Source of the DNA: Candidatus Nitrosopumilus koreensis AR1
Lineage (GTDB): Archaea; Thermoproteota; Nitrososphaeria; Nitrososphaerales; Nitrosopumilaceae
DNA: 32,000 nucleotides
Direction: 5' to 3'
NCBI RefSeq assembly: GCF_000299365.1
Contig: NC_018655.1
Coordinates: 1,590,001 to 1,622,000, forward strand
Shown: in pieces, positions 9,163-19,202 of the stretch
How positions within the stretch are numbered: the first letter of the stretch is position 1
Layout: each line of letters begins with the position of its first letter
Notes under the pieces: generated by a model
The model's database searches: none
Told to the model about the DNA's origin: nothing
What the model saw: only the letters and a program-made list of their open reading frames with translations
Program-made: the position numbers and the translations under genes

Positions 9163-9227
9163 ATCAAAAACTATGGTTTGGTTTAATTAAATCTGCGCCT
9201 ACGCCGAACCCTCAAATATTGTTCTAA

Positions 9228-9782
9228 TTGTATTGTTTTGTGAATAAACTCCGGATTTCATTATTTTTCATATTTATGGGAATCTTTGCAGGTGCATATC
9301 ACCTTGGTTCAATATCTACAGTTAATGAAGAAGAAGCAAATACCTTCATGTCTGAATTTGAAGAGTTGGTTCTAGATATTGATGCATTTGGAATTTTTAC
9401 TCATAATACAGCAATAGCACTACCAATGTTTATTCCAGGATTTGGTGTTGGGTGGGGGATTTTTTCGGCCTGGTCAACAGGGTTTGCATTTGCAGCTATT
9501 GCCACAACAACTCCTATTTTAGATGATATACCTCCTCTTACCATTCTGTTTTTATCTCCATTTGGATTAATGGAGTTGACAGCATATTCTTTAGGAATTT
9601 CTAGAAGTTTCATTTTGATCAGAGCAATATTCAAAAAAACCAATCTCAAACAATTCATTAAACCCACTGCAATTGAAATTGGAATTGTGGTTGGATTGCT
9701 TTTAGCAGGAGGATATCTGGAATTTTATATGATTGAACTTGCTCAAGAACAAGGCATGCAAATGCCTGGGTTAGACCTCTAA
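9228..9782 (+). CDS. SpoIIM-like (stage II sporulation protein M family) integral membrane protein
   Basis: 184 aa, multiple hydrophobic segments, FTHNTAIALPMFIPGFGVGWGIFSAWSTGFAFAA and PHGxxE-like LSPFGLMELTAYSLGI. The true start may be internal. Confidence 0.72.
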   Translation: MYCFVNKLRISLFFIFMGIFAGAYHLGSISTVNEEEANTFMSEFEELVLDIDAFGIFTHNTAIALPMFIPGFGVGWGIFSAWSTGFAFAAIATTTPILDDIPPLTILFLSPFGLMELTAYSLGISRSFILIRAIFKKTNLKQFIKPTAIEIGIVVGLLLAGGYLEFYMIELAQEQGMQMPGLDL

Positions 9783-9857
9783 TTTTTTAGTATTTGCCTA
9801 TTGAGTCTAAAATAATTTAGTAGCAAATTATAAACCAAATTAAAAGACAAATTTGTT

Positions 9858-10751
9858 GTGAAGTTAGCTATATCGTTATTAGCATTATTTGTAATATTCT
9901 CAGGATATTTGTTCAATAACTCCTATGCAGAAATTTCTGAAAATCAGGCATTACTTTTAGAGGGTTCTGGATTTGCCGTAACCGAAGAACAAATCAAATT
10001 TACTGAAATTGATCTAGGTATATCCTCTCATGAACAGCGTGGTAGCACAATTAATTTTGTAATTGAAGATGGGTTTCTTACACTAGATGATGAGGAATTT
10101 ATTATTTCAGAACTGGAAGGGAAATTTTTGCGTGAAGGCCGTTATATTAGAATTAATGGAAATATAGAAAGTTCTGATGAGTTTGATACTACCATTAGTT
10201 TCTTTGGAAGACTAGTTGCAGAAAGCAAAGACGCATCAATCTATGGTTTTACTGGTAGAATTACAACATCTGATGACACATACAAAATCATTTACACTAC
10301 AAAATTATCTACATTATCAAAAATTGTTGAAGCAGATACAATAGAGGAACCAAAAGGACTTACAATTAGTATCCTTAAAGGCGCTTCCTTGAAAGGTGTT
10401 TCAGATAGTTATATTGGATTAATAGGTAGTTCAGCAAAATTAGGATATTTTTCAAATGATAGAATCTCAATAGAACCTGGCACAACAATTACTATGATGA
10501 ATAACGATGTTGTATCTCATAGTATTCTCAGTGGAAAAGAAAATTACGGTGATAGACATAATCCATTTGATCCAGATGGAAGAATTTCAACTGGAGATAT
10601 TGCACCAGGAAAATCAATCAACATAACGTTTCATGAAGCAGGATTCTACAGATTATATGATCCAGACTATCCTTGGATGAAAATTATTGCATATGTATTT
10701 CCAAGTTCAGATTCTTTAGTTCTTAGACAAGGCCAGAATCTAGGAAACTAG
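9858..10751 (+). CDS. Secreted protein with C-terminal cupredoxin (plastocyanin-like) domain
   Basis: Signal peptide; C-terminal TITMMNNDVVSHSILSG...FHEAGFYRLYDPDYPWMKIIAYV fits a blue-copper-like fold. Confidence 0.75.
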   Translation: MKLAISLLALFVIFSGYLFNNSYAEISENQALLLEGSGFAVTEEQIKFTEIDLGISSHEQRGSTINFVIEDGFLTLDDEEFIISELEGKFLREGRYIRINGNIESSDEFDTTISFFGRLVAESKDASIYGFTGRITTSDDTYKIIYTTKLSTLSKIVEADTIEEPKGLTISILKGASLKGVSDSYIGLIGSSAKLGYFSNDRISIEPGTTITMMNNDVVSHSILSGKENYGDRHNPFDPDGRISTGDIAPGKSINITFHEAGFYRLYDPDYPWMKIIAYVFPSSDSLVLRQGQNLGN

Positions 10752-11464
10752 TTTTCCCATTGCCATCTATAATTCATGTATGAATCTAGGTTTGATTGAT
10801 TAAATACCATGACTGATAAATCTGAAAATTCTTTTCCTTCCAAATCTTTTACAGTTCCTGTAAACCTAGTCTCGTTTTCAGTAGTTATTGCTTCAAAAAC
10901 ATGAACCTTTATCTTTTCAGTATCAAATCCATTCTTACGAAGATAAACTGCAATTTCTGATGGCATAAAATGCTTGTCTGGTTGTTTTGGCCAAGGTCTT
11001 GGGACTAAAACAACACTAAATCCATCAATCAATGCTTTTTGCAGCTCTAATTTTTTGTCTTCAATTGGAGTTGTTACATGCATTGTAATTACTTTGGATT
11101 TATCAAGTGGTACTTGTGCTTTTGATGCTGCCACTTGGATTGAACTAATTCCTGGAATAATTTCCACTTTTCCAAAAATTTCTATTAGTCTATCGACAAC
11201 TTCTGATTCTGAAAAATTTACATCTCCTGTGAATGGTATTACCAAAGTCTTATCTCCTAATTTTGGAAGGATTTCTTGATATGATTTTTCTTGATCATTC
11301 ATTGTAATCTCATGAACATCTTTGCCTTGGAGAAGATGTTCAATTGTTTTTAGAGTGTATTTGTACCCAATAACAATATCACAACTTTGAATAATTTCTC
11401 TTACAATTTCTGTTACGTATTTTGGTGAACCTGGACCAACACCAACAGCGAAAACTTTTCCCAA
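10748..11464 (-). CDS. cbiE: Cobalt-precorrin C5-methyltransferase-like (CbiE family)
   Basis: SAM-dependent tetrapyrrole methylase motifs: VGVGPGSPKYVTEIV, VIGYKYTL, VIPFTGDVNFSES, VEIIPGISSIQVAASKA. Confidence 0.85.
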   Translation of the reverse strand: MGKVFAVGVGPGSPKYVTEIVREIIQSCDIVIGYKYTLKTIEHLLQGKDVHEITMNDQEKSYQEILPKLGDKTLVIPFTGDVNFSESEVVDRLIEIFGKVEIIPGISSIQVAASKAQVPLDKSKVITMHVTTPIEDKKLELQKALIDGFSVVLVPRPWPKQPDKHFMPSEIAVYLRKNGFDTEKIKVHVFEAITTENETRFTGTVKDLEGKEFSDLSVMVFNQSNLDSYMNYRWQWEN

Positions 11465-11466
11465 TT

Positions 11467-11958
11467 TTACTTTGTAAATTTCTGTCTGTCTTTAATATAT
11501 TGCACAAAAGGTGCCCAATCTACCTTCATGTATTTTGTAGGCTCTTTTGCAGGATATTTTACCCAATCTTGGGCAACAGAGTATTGAAACTTCTCTTTTT
11601 TCCCATTTTTTTCATATTCTAATTGTAAAACACTGCCCCAAGTCTTTTCCTCAAAACTAATACTGGAAATATCGTCAAACCCTAATTCCACATTTCGTTC
11701 ATCTTCTACATCATTCATCAATTCATCCTCGTCATATCCATCATGACGAATCATCGTATTTTTTGATTTGATAAAATTTATCACCTGTCTTTGAGTAATA
11801 GCTTTCCACCATTTCATTTTGGCTTCTGTCTTGTGAATAAACATTAGATGTTTATCAGTAAGGACTAACATTCCTTCTTTGCCTCCAATTGATAGAAATT
11901 TTCTTGATTCTCTCCACACTGATACAATATGTGCCTGAATCTTTTCATCAGGTTGCAT
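11467..11958 (-). CDS. Hypothetical protein, possible PH-like domain
   Basis: 163 aa; SIGGKEGMLVLTDKHLMFIHKTEAKMKWWKAITQR resembles a PH/GRAM-like beta pattern. Confidence 0.72.
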   Translation of the reverse strand: MQPDEKIQAHIVSVWRESRKFLSIGGKEGMLVLTDKHLMFIHKTEAKMKWWKAITQRQVINFIKSKNTMIRHDGYDEDELMNDVEDERNVELGFDDISSISFEEKTWGSVLQLEYEKNGKKEKFQYSVAQDWVKYPAKEPTKYMKVDWAPFVQYIKDRQKFTK

Positions 11959-12030
11959 ATCGATAATCTATTTGACTTTGTTAAAAACTAATACAATTGG
12001 CTTTTAAGTGAGATCCATAGGGGAAAAATA

Positions 12031-13566
12031 TTGAAGAAAATATTTCTTGCAATTACATTTTCGTTACTTTTTGTGGGAGTTGTAAATCAAGCAACTGCTC
12101 AATCAGTTGAGTTTAATCCAATTCAAATAATGGATCCAGTAGTAATTATTGAAACTAATTTAGGGAAAATTGTAATAGGGTTTTTCCCAAATGATGCGCC
12201 AAAACATGTAGAAAATTTTCTTAAATTGTCGACTTCTGGATTTTATGATGGAACACTTTTTCATAGAATAATTCCAGGTTTTATGATCCAAGGTGGTGAT
12301 CCAAACACAATTGATGGTGATCCAAACACTTGGGGAACCGGTGGCCCAGAAAAAAGATTGGATGCTGAGTTTAACACAATCAAACATAATCGTGGAATTG
12401 TTTCAATGGCAAGATCTGCTGATCCAAATAGTGGTGGTTCACAATTTTTCATAGTTCACCAAGATTCTAATTTTCTTGATGAACAATATACTGTGTTTGG
12501 AAGAATTGTAACTGAAGAAAGTTTTGAAACACTTGACAAAATTGCAGCAGTTGAAACTAATGAAAAGGATGCCCCTGTAGATCCTGAACAGGTTAGAATA
12601 ACTAAAGTTACAGTTGTCAGCCGATCTGAAATTCCTGACTTGATTGAATTAACAGAGCCTGACCGAATTCAGACTGATGTTTTACCACCTACTGGAAACC
12701 AACAATTCGAAAGTGAAGAATATGATATTGCATTTGATGTACCTGAAGGCTGGCTCTTACAACAACCTGAAAAAACACAAGAAAACTCACCTGACTTTGT
12801 TGCAGTAGGACCTAAAGTAGGAAACATGAATCCTGTCTTTTCCTTAACAATACTTCCTACCGAACAGAAAACTTTGGATGATCTTATTGTGGAAAAAACT
12901 GATCAACTAACAGAAGTTATTGAATCAGGACAGTTGAACCTAATTTCAAAGGATAAAACCACAATTAATGGAAACGATGCATATGTAATTAATGCAGAAG
13001 GGCTCTTTTCTGCTAATGGCCAAAATTATAATGTAAAATTCAAAGAAGTTACCATTTATGATTTGGATAACTATTACACATTTTCATATAGTAACGGAAT
13101 CGATGATTTTGATTCACACCTTGAAAGATTTGATAAAACAATAGATTCTTTCAAAAAATTATCTGAAGAAACACCAACTAATGGAACTGATGAAAATGGT
13201 GGGTGTTTGATTGCAACTGCTACATTTGGCTCTGAGATGGCACCACAAGTACAACAGCTAAGAGAACTTAGAGACAATACCCTTCTTGCAACAGAATCAG
13301 GAACTACATTTATGACAACTTTTAATCAATTCTATTATTCATTCTCGCCAACCATTGCTGATCTAGAGCGTGAATCCCCACTGTTCAAAGAAATTGTAAG
13401 ATTATCAATAACTCCAATGTTGTCTACCCTTTCAATTCTAAACTATGCTGAAATTAATTCTGAACACGAGATGATCTCTTATGGTGTAAGTATTATTCTA
13501 ATGAACATTGGAATGTATTTTATTGCACCTGCAATAATCATCTATAAAATTAGAAAACTAAACTAA
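12031..13566 (+). CDS. Exported cyclophilin-type peptidyl-prolyl isomerase with extra lipoprotein-like domain and CFI-box-like C-terminal region
   Basis: Signal peptide; cyclophilin core VIIETNLGKIVIGFFPNDAPKHVENFLKL...HRIIPGFMIQGGDP...SQFFIVHQDS; C-terminal GGCLIATATFGSEMAPQVQQLRELRDN then a hydrophobic segment. Confidence 0.88.
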   Translation: MKKIFLAITFSLLFVGVVNQATAQSVEFNPIQIMDPVVIIETNLGKIVIGFFPNDAPKHVENFLKLSTSGFYDGTLFHRIIPGFMIQGGDPNTIDGDPNTWGTGGPEKRLDAEFNTIKHNRGIVSMARSADPNSGGSQFFIVHQDSNFLDEQYTVFGRIVTEESFETLDKIAAVETNEKDAPVDPEQVRITKVTVVSRSEIPDLIELTEPDRIQTDVLPPTGNQQFESEEYDIAFDVPEGWLLQQPEKTQENSPDFVAVGPKVGNMNPVFSLTILPTEQKTLDDLIVEKTDQLTEVIESGQLNLISKDKTTINGNDAYVINAEGLFSANGQNYNVKFKEVTIYDLDNYYTFSYSNGIDDFDSHLERFDKTIDSFKKLSEETPTNGTDENGGCLIATATFGSEMAPQVQQLRELRDNTLLATESGTTFMTTFNQFYYSFSPTIADLERESPLFKEIVRLSITPMLSTLSILNYAEINSEHEMISYGVSIILMNIGMYFIAPAIIIYKIRKLN

Positions 13567-14923
13567 TTACCAAACATCATCAACTTCATCAAGAACCTTG
13601 TATTCTTTTTCTGGCTCACGTCTCATGAATTTCAATCTTGAGATGTCTCTATCAAAAATTGCATCAGCTACCCAATCAAGAAACACTCTAACTCGTTTAT
13701 TCCATGTTGGAATTTTTGAGAGGTAGATATTTCTCCAAAGGAACCATGCAAAAATTCCATGAATATTCATTCCCAAAAATGATGCAATTCCAGTTCTTTT
13801 TCCAATAATTGCCATCTGACCTTTTGATTCGTATGTAAATTCAGTTTTTTCTCCATTTCTAATTAAAGCATGAAGATTTTTTGCAGCAATTTTTTGCTTG
13901 AGCTTCTGCAATTTGTGCAGTTGGAGCAAATGGCCTTTTAGTATTAGGATCTATAAATAATGCACAATCTCCTATTGCAAACACGCCTGGGAAATCATTT
14001 ACCTCTAAATTTTTATCAACAATGATTTTTCCCTTATCTGTTTTGAATAATGATCTTTTGATGGTATTGACCGGTGTTACACCTGCAGTCCAAATTACAG
14101 TCTTTGATTGAATTGAACTTACAATTGAATCGTCAATTGCATCTTTATCAACATCTAATCTCTTTATCATGACCTCATCACCATTAAAACTGGTTACAGC
14201 TGTTTGCAACTTAATTTCAATTCCATGTTCTGTTAGTTTTTTTTGTGCAAACTTTGCAAGACTTTCAGAAAAACCTGGTAAGATATTTGGTAATGCCTCT
14301 AAAACTACAACTCGAATATCTTCTTTTTTGATATTTGGATAATACTTTCTGACATCCAGTAAGAGATCCACTATTTCTCCTGCAGTTTCAATTCCTGCAA
14401 ATCCTCCACCAACAACGACAAAAGTTAGAAGACTGTGTTTTAGAATTGGGTTGGTTTCATTTTCTGCCTGCTCTAACATATCTATCATTCTATTTCTAAC
14501 CATAACTGCATCGTTGAGTGTCTTCATTTGATAGGCATTTTTTTCAAGATCACTCATTCCAAAAAAGTTAGTTTCACTCCCTAATGCTACTACAAGAAAA
14601 TCATAATGGAGTGAAATCCCTCTCTTGTTGCCACTTCCCCACAAATTTACAATCTTTCCGTAAGGATCAATGTTTTTGACTCTACCTTCATAGAAAATTG
14701 CTTTTTTTGTAATTGTTCTAATTGGCATAACGATATGTCTGGTTTCAATCATTCCGGATGCCACTTGGGGCAACATTGGAGTGAATAAAAGAAAATTATC
14801 CTCACTGACTAAAACAATTTCAATTTCTGAATCATTTTTGAAATATTTTTCTAATTGCCTGGTGCACTCTAATCCTGCAAAACCGCCACCTAAAACGACA
14901 ATTTTCTTCTTATTTCGAGCCAT
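13567..14923 (-). pseudogene. Type-II NADH dehydrogenase-like flavoprotein, interrupted by one apparent +1 frameshift (track ORFs 13859-14923 and 13567-13929)
   Basis: The N-terminal ORF has FAD motif VVLGGGFAGLECTRQLEK, second dinucleotide motif VVVGGGFAGIETAGEI and GVFAIGDCALF, then goes out of frame at AEAQAK. The continuation IAAKNLHALIRNGEKTEF...GMNIHGIFAWFLWRNIYL lies in another frame. The break is at the T6 run 13890-13895. Confidence 0.85.
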
Positions 14924-14995
14924 TTGCTTACCCCAGAAAAATACTGAATATATCCTATAAGCTTATTTTCTCAAATTATTCTCATATCTGCCTAT

Positions 14996-15661
14996 TTAGG
15001 CTCTAATGATATCTGAATGTAAGATCTCATACGCTTTAGATGCGTCTTTTTCATTTAGAATAATTATAATGCTATCTTGGCTGAAAAAGGCATTAACAAG
15101 TTCAATGCCGTTTGCATGTAATACTTCAGCAACATATGAGACAACGTCTGACTTATTTTGTGAATTTGGTATCGTGATCATGATTTTTGCAAGACCCGTA
15201 CTGAAAATATCATCACTATTTGGGATATTGCCAAAAATTTGCCTAATGTCTTCCACATCTTCTGTAAGAAATCTAAACGAATCGGACATTCTAAAAAATT
15301 CATAGTTATTGGTAATCTTTGAGAATTTGTCTAAAATTTCCATTGGATTCATTTGGTTAGAATCTTTGATTGAAAATTTGATATCCATTATTCCATCTGT
15401 TAATACCAATCTTGCGTTCTTCAAAATTGGTTCTTCTCTTACCTCTTCTTTGATTTCAAATGAATCTGCATATCTCTTGATTGCTACGACTATTGTATTG
15501 AGGTTAACTCTGTTTCCTAGAATCTTTTCTATCTCTGGTTGAATTTTTACTGCTAAAGCTGTATAATTTATCAAATCCATTTTCATACAATCATAAATTG
15601 AACGATTTCTGGTAATTATCTCCCTGACAACCTCAGGTACAGACATGCTTGCTATTCTCAT
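14996..15661 (-). CDS. Conserved hypothetical protein, putative ACT-domain regulator
   Basis: 221 aa; N-terminal HTH-like VPEVVREIITRNRSIYDCMKMDLINYTALA and a C-terminal VVSYVAEVLHANGIELVNAFFSQDSIIIILNEKDASKAYEIL ACT-like pattern. Confidence 0.75.
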   Translation of the reverse strand: MRIASMSVPEVVREIITRNRSIYDCMKMDLINYTALAVKIQPEIEKILGNRVNLNTIVVAIKRYADSFEIKEEVREEPILKNARLVLTDGIMDIKFSIKDSNQMNPMEILDKFSKITNNYEFFRMSDSFRFLTEDVEDIRQIFGNIPNSDDIFSTGLAKIMITIPNSQNKSDVVSYVAEVLHANGIELVNAFFSQDSIIIILNEKDASKAYEILHSDIIRA

Positions 15662-15726
15662 TAAGATTATTATATTATGTCAGTTATAATAGGATTATGT
15701 AAGAAATCAAAGATATATCAATAATC

Positions 15727-15749
15727 TTTATATAATGTCATATACATTA
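15727..15749 (+). promoter_or_regulatory. TATA-like element overlapping/adjacent to a 6-bp inverted repeat upstream of hsp20
   Basis: TTTATATAA at 15727-15735; TAATGT(15733-15738)-CATAT-ACATTA(15744-15749). Confidence 0.45.
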
Positions 15750-15759
15750 CATATTATAG

Positions 15760-16263
15760 GTGAATATGACAATGTTCTTTGATAGTGAAATCGATAGAAT
15801 CTTCAAGAGAATGTCTAGATCTTTTTTTAACACCAATGACATTTTTGAGGAATTCAAGGGAAATGGTTCTGAATCTGGTCCATTTTATTATGGTTATACA
15901 ATGACCGTGGGCCCTGATGGAAAACCTGTTGTACAAGAATATGGAAATGTTAAACCAGGACAACTTCCAGCTTCTGATACACGAGAACCAATTGTTGACA
16001 CAATTGTTGATGAAAAAGAAAAAGTTGTAAAACTCATAGCAGAAATGCCAGGAGTTGAAAAGACTGATGTCAAAATTGTTGTTGACAATAAAGTTGTAGA
16101 TCTTTCTGCAGAACATGGTGATAAGAAATATCATGTTAAAGTACCAGTACAACACAAAGTTGATGAAAACTCTGCAAAAGCTTCCTACAAAAATGGAATT
16201 TTACAACTAGTCTTCAAATTAATTGAAGAAAAACCAACTGGTAAAAAGGTGGAGGTTGAATAA
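15760..16263 (+). CDS. hsp20: Hsp20/alpha-crystallin-family small heat-shock protein
   Basis: Alpha-crystallin-like core EKVVKLIAEMPGVEKTDVKIVVDNKVVDLSAEHGDKKYHVKVPV...SYKNGILQLVFKL. An internal ATG at 15766 is an alternative start. Confidence 0.88.
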   Translation: MNMTMFFDSEIDRIFKRMSRSFFNTNDIFEEFKGNGSESGPFYYGYTMTVGPDGKPVVQEYGNVKPGQLPASDTREPIVDTIVDEKEKVVKLIAEMPGVEKTDVKIVVDNKVVDLSAEHGDKKYHVKVPVQHKVDENSAKASYKNGILQLVFKLIEEKPTGKKVEVE

Positions 16264-16290
16264 TCCTCCCTTAATTTTTGAGGTAAAAAA

Positions 16291-18432
16291 ATGAGTGAAA
16301 TTATTTTAAAAGTTGATGAAATTCCACAACAACATGTTGGACGAGGAAGAGCAATCATTGATCCAAAAATTATTGAAGATCAAAATTGGAACACTGGCCA
16401 AATTTTGGAATTAACATATAATAAAAAAACCCATGTAAAACTCTGGCCAGGTAATCCTGAAGAATATGGTACAGGAATTGTCAAAATTGATGGGATGACA
16501 AGACAAAATATTGGAGCTGGAATTGGCGATAAAATTTCTTTAAAATCAGTAGAAGCCTCTAATGCTGAGCAAATTGTTTTGTCCCCAACTGAAAAGATCT
16601 CTGCTGAAGGATTACAAGAATATATGACTTACAACTATCTTAATCATGTATTTACAACTGGAGATACATTATCTCTTAATACACAAATGGGTGGACGAGT
16701 TCAATTCATTGTAACTAGTACAAAGCCTTCAAAACCAGTAATCGTAACTGAAAACACAATTTTCAAACTGGGGTCTATGACTAAGGCAGTTGATGTATCT
16801 GTTCCAAGAATAACATATGATGAATTAGGCGGTCTTAAAAACGAAGTTCAAAAAATTCGTGAGATGGTTGAATTACCAATGAGACATCCAGAATTATTTG
16901 ATAAGATAGGTGTAGAAGCTCCAAAAGGAGTGTTGTTGTATGGTCCTCCAGGCACTGGAAAGACTCTACTTGCAAAAGCAGTGGCTGGAGAAACAAATGC
17001 CCACTTTATCTCACTTAGCGGTCCTGAAATAATGGGTAAATACTATGGAGAAAGTGAAGAGAAAATTCGAGAAATTTTCAACCAAGCAGAAGAAAACTCT
17101 CCAAGCATAATCTTCATTGATGAAATAGATTCTATTGCTCCAAAAAGAGATGAAGTTTCAGGCGAAGTTGAAAAGAGGATTGTATCTCAACTTTTGACTT
17201 TGATGGATGGAATGAAATCCAGAGGCAAGGTTGTAGTAATTGCAGCTACAAACAGACCAGACTCTATTGATCCAGCACTTAGACGACCTGGTAGATTTGA
17301 CAGAGAAATTGAAATTGGAATTCCTGATGATGAGGGAAGATTTGAAATTCTTTCGATTCATACACGTGGAATGCCAATAGATGAAAAAGTTGATCTCAAA
17401 CAAATCTCAAAAACAACACATGGATTTGTTGGAGCTGATTTGGAAGTATTATCTAAAGAAGCTGCAATGAGATCACTTCGTAGAATTCTTCCAGATATAG
17501 ATCTTGATGAAGATAAAATTTCTTCAGAAATTCTTCAAAAAATAGAGATTACAAGTGAAGACTTTAGAGATGCGTTAAAAGAAGTCCGACCAAGTGCATT
17601 ACGTGAAGTTCAAGTCCAAATTCCTAATGTAAGTTGGGATGATGTTGGAGGTCTTGATGAATTAAAAGAAGAATTACGCGAAGCAGTTGAATGGCCAATC
17701 AAGTACAAAGAGGCATTTGATTATGTTGATGTTGAAACACCAAAAGGAATCTTACTTCATGGTCCTCCTGGAACTGGTAAAACATTGATTGCAAAAGCAC
17801 TTGCAAAAATGACAGAATCTAATTTTATCAGCATAAAAGGACCCGAACTACTCTCAAAATGGGTAGGTGAATCTGAAAAAGGAGTTAGAGAAATTTTCAG
17901 AAAAGCACGACAAGCTGCACCATGTATAATCTTCTTAGATGAAATAGATGCACTTGTACCACGAAGAGGCAGTAGTGGTTCAGAATCACACGTAACAGAA
18001 AGTGTGGTATCTCAGATTCTAACTGAGATTGATGGACTAGAAGAACTACACAATGTACTGATAGTTGGTGCAACAAATCGACTAGATATTGTAGATGATG
18101 CATTACTTAGACCTGGTAGATTCGACAGAATTATCGAAGTCCCAAATCCTGATGCAAAAGGTAGACAAAACATCTTTGAGATTCATACCAAAAAGAAACC
18201 CCTTGCAAGTGATGTGAATATTGCAAAACTTGTAGAGTTGACTGATGGATTTAGTGGTGCAGAAATTGCTGCAGTTGCAAATAGAGCTGCGATTGCTGCT
18301 CTCAAGAAGTATGTAGGTGGCAAAGCACAAAATGTTAAAGACATCAAGATATCTCAACAGGAATTAATTGATGCAATTGACAAGGTCAAGCCTCGAAAAA
18401 AAGAGGCTCCACCAACTCAATCCATAAAATAG
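16291..18432 (+). CDS. CDC48/VCP-like AAA+ ATPase with two ATPase domains
   Basis: 713 aa; two Walker A ([26 protein letters not shown]), two Walker B ([24 protein letters not shown]) and an N-terminal double-psi-barrel-like domain. Confidence 0.97.
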   Translation: MSEIILKVDEIPQQHVGRGRAIIDPKIIEDQNWNTGQILELTYNKKTHVKLWPGNPEEYGTGIVKIDGMTRQNIGAGIGDKISLKSVEASNAEQIVLSPTEKISAEGLQEYMTYNYLNHVFTTGDTLSLNTQMGGRVQFIVTSTKPSKPVIVTENTIFKLGSMTKAVDVSVPRITYDELGGLKNEVQKIREMVELPMRHPELFDKIGVEAPKGVLLYGPPGTGKTLLAKAVAGETNAHFISLSGPEIMGKYYGESEEKIREIFNQAEENSPSIIFIDEIDSIAPKRDEVSGEVEKRIVSQLLTLMDGMKSRGKVVVIAATNRPDSIDPALRRPGRFDREIEIGIPDDEGRFEILSIHTRGMPIDEKVDLKQISKTTHGFVGADLEVLSKEAAMRSLRRILPDIDLDEDKISSEILQKIEITSEDFRDALKEVRPSALREVQVQIPNVSWDDVGGLDELKEELREAVEWPIKYKEAFDYVDVETPKGILLHGPPGTGKTLIAKALAKMTESNFISIKGPELLSKWVGESEKGVREIFRKARQAAPCIIFLDEIDALVPRRGSSGSESHVTESVVSQILTEIDGLEELHNVLIVGATNRLDIVDDALLRPGRFDRIIEVPNPDAKGRQNIFEIHTKKKPLASDVNIAKLVELTDGFSGAEIAAVANRAAIAALKKYVGGKAQNVKDIKISQQELIDAIDKVKPRKKEAPPTQSIK

Positions 18433-18449
18433 TCTAAATACTAAGGAAA

Positions 18450-18680
18450 ATGAGACAAAACATGAAACTGTATCTTGACTTTAACCCTTGCCAAGAATGC
18501 AACACCATGATGGCAGAACTTAGTAGTCCTGAGATGTTGTTTGCTGATGAAAAAACCCGAGCAGACGAATCTGCAAAGTTTCTCAGACACTTGACATATA
18601 ACCACAACGAAGTGGTTCAAGCTGTAATGGATGATCTTCCAAAACAAAAAAGAGATCAAGAACCTGACTTCTACAAATAA
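18450..18680 (+). CDS. Small conserved hypothetical protein
   Basis: 76-aa ORF downstream of cdc48, charged soluble composition. Confidence 0.65.
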   Translation: MRQNMKLYLDFNPCQECNTMMAELSSPEMLFADEKTRADESAKFLRHLTYNHNEVVQAVMDDLPKQKRDQEPDFYK

Positions 18681-18744
18681 TCTTCTTTTTCATTACTAGA
18701 AATTAGTAATCATATTCATATACAAAATTACCCTAAATTCTTTA

Positions 18745-19188
18745 GTGCAAAAAATAAAAATCAGTTATATATTTGGCCTGATTGCAATTATCGTCTTATT
18801 TGGCATAACCCCTTCGTTTGCAGTTGAAACTGAACAAGAACCACAACCGCCAGAAATTCCTGAACCTTCACCTGAACCTAAACCAATTCCACTACCTGAA
18901 CCAGAACCAACACCACAACCATTTCCAGGGGAAACCGAATCAGAAAAAATCCAAAGACTGACTGAAGAAAATGAAAAACTAAAACAACAAAACAAGAATC
19001 TTCAAGACCAAATATCCAGCCTGAAAAATGAAAAATTAGGATTACAATCTCAGATATCTGAGCTACGTGAAAAGATAGATAATCTAAAGGAAATTACAAT
19101 GGAGCAAATTCGTGTAATTATGGATTTAGTAAGTAGATTAAAAGATGTATTTTATGAAAAAATAATTTCTCCTACAATTAACATGTAG
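18745..19188 (+). CDS. Secreted protein with Pro/Glu repeat stalk and coiled coil
   Basis: GTG start; signal peptide-like FGLIAIIVLFGITPSFA; PEPSPEPKPIPLPEPEPTPQP; heptad-rich LTEENEKLKQQNKNLQDQISSLKNEKLGLQSQISELREKI. Confidence 0.72.
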   Translation: MQKIKISYIFGLIAIIVLFGITPSFAVETEQEPQPPEIPEPSPEPKPIPLPEPEPTPQPFPGETESEKIQRLTEENEKLKQQNKNLQDQISSLKNEKLGLQSQISELREKIDNLKEITMEQIRVIMDLVSRLKDVFYEKIISPTINM

Positions 19189-19202
19189 GATTTTTTGGTT
19201 TT

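Noticed and set aside
15754-16155. 133-aa minus-strand ORF antisense to hsp20
   Set aside because: Phe/Asn/Cys-rich shadow translation of the alpha-crystallin gene.
17158-18357. Minus-strand ORFs inside the CDC48-like gene
   Set aside because: No family features, and they lie entirely within a highly supported AAA+ gene.
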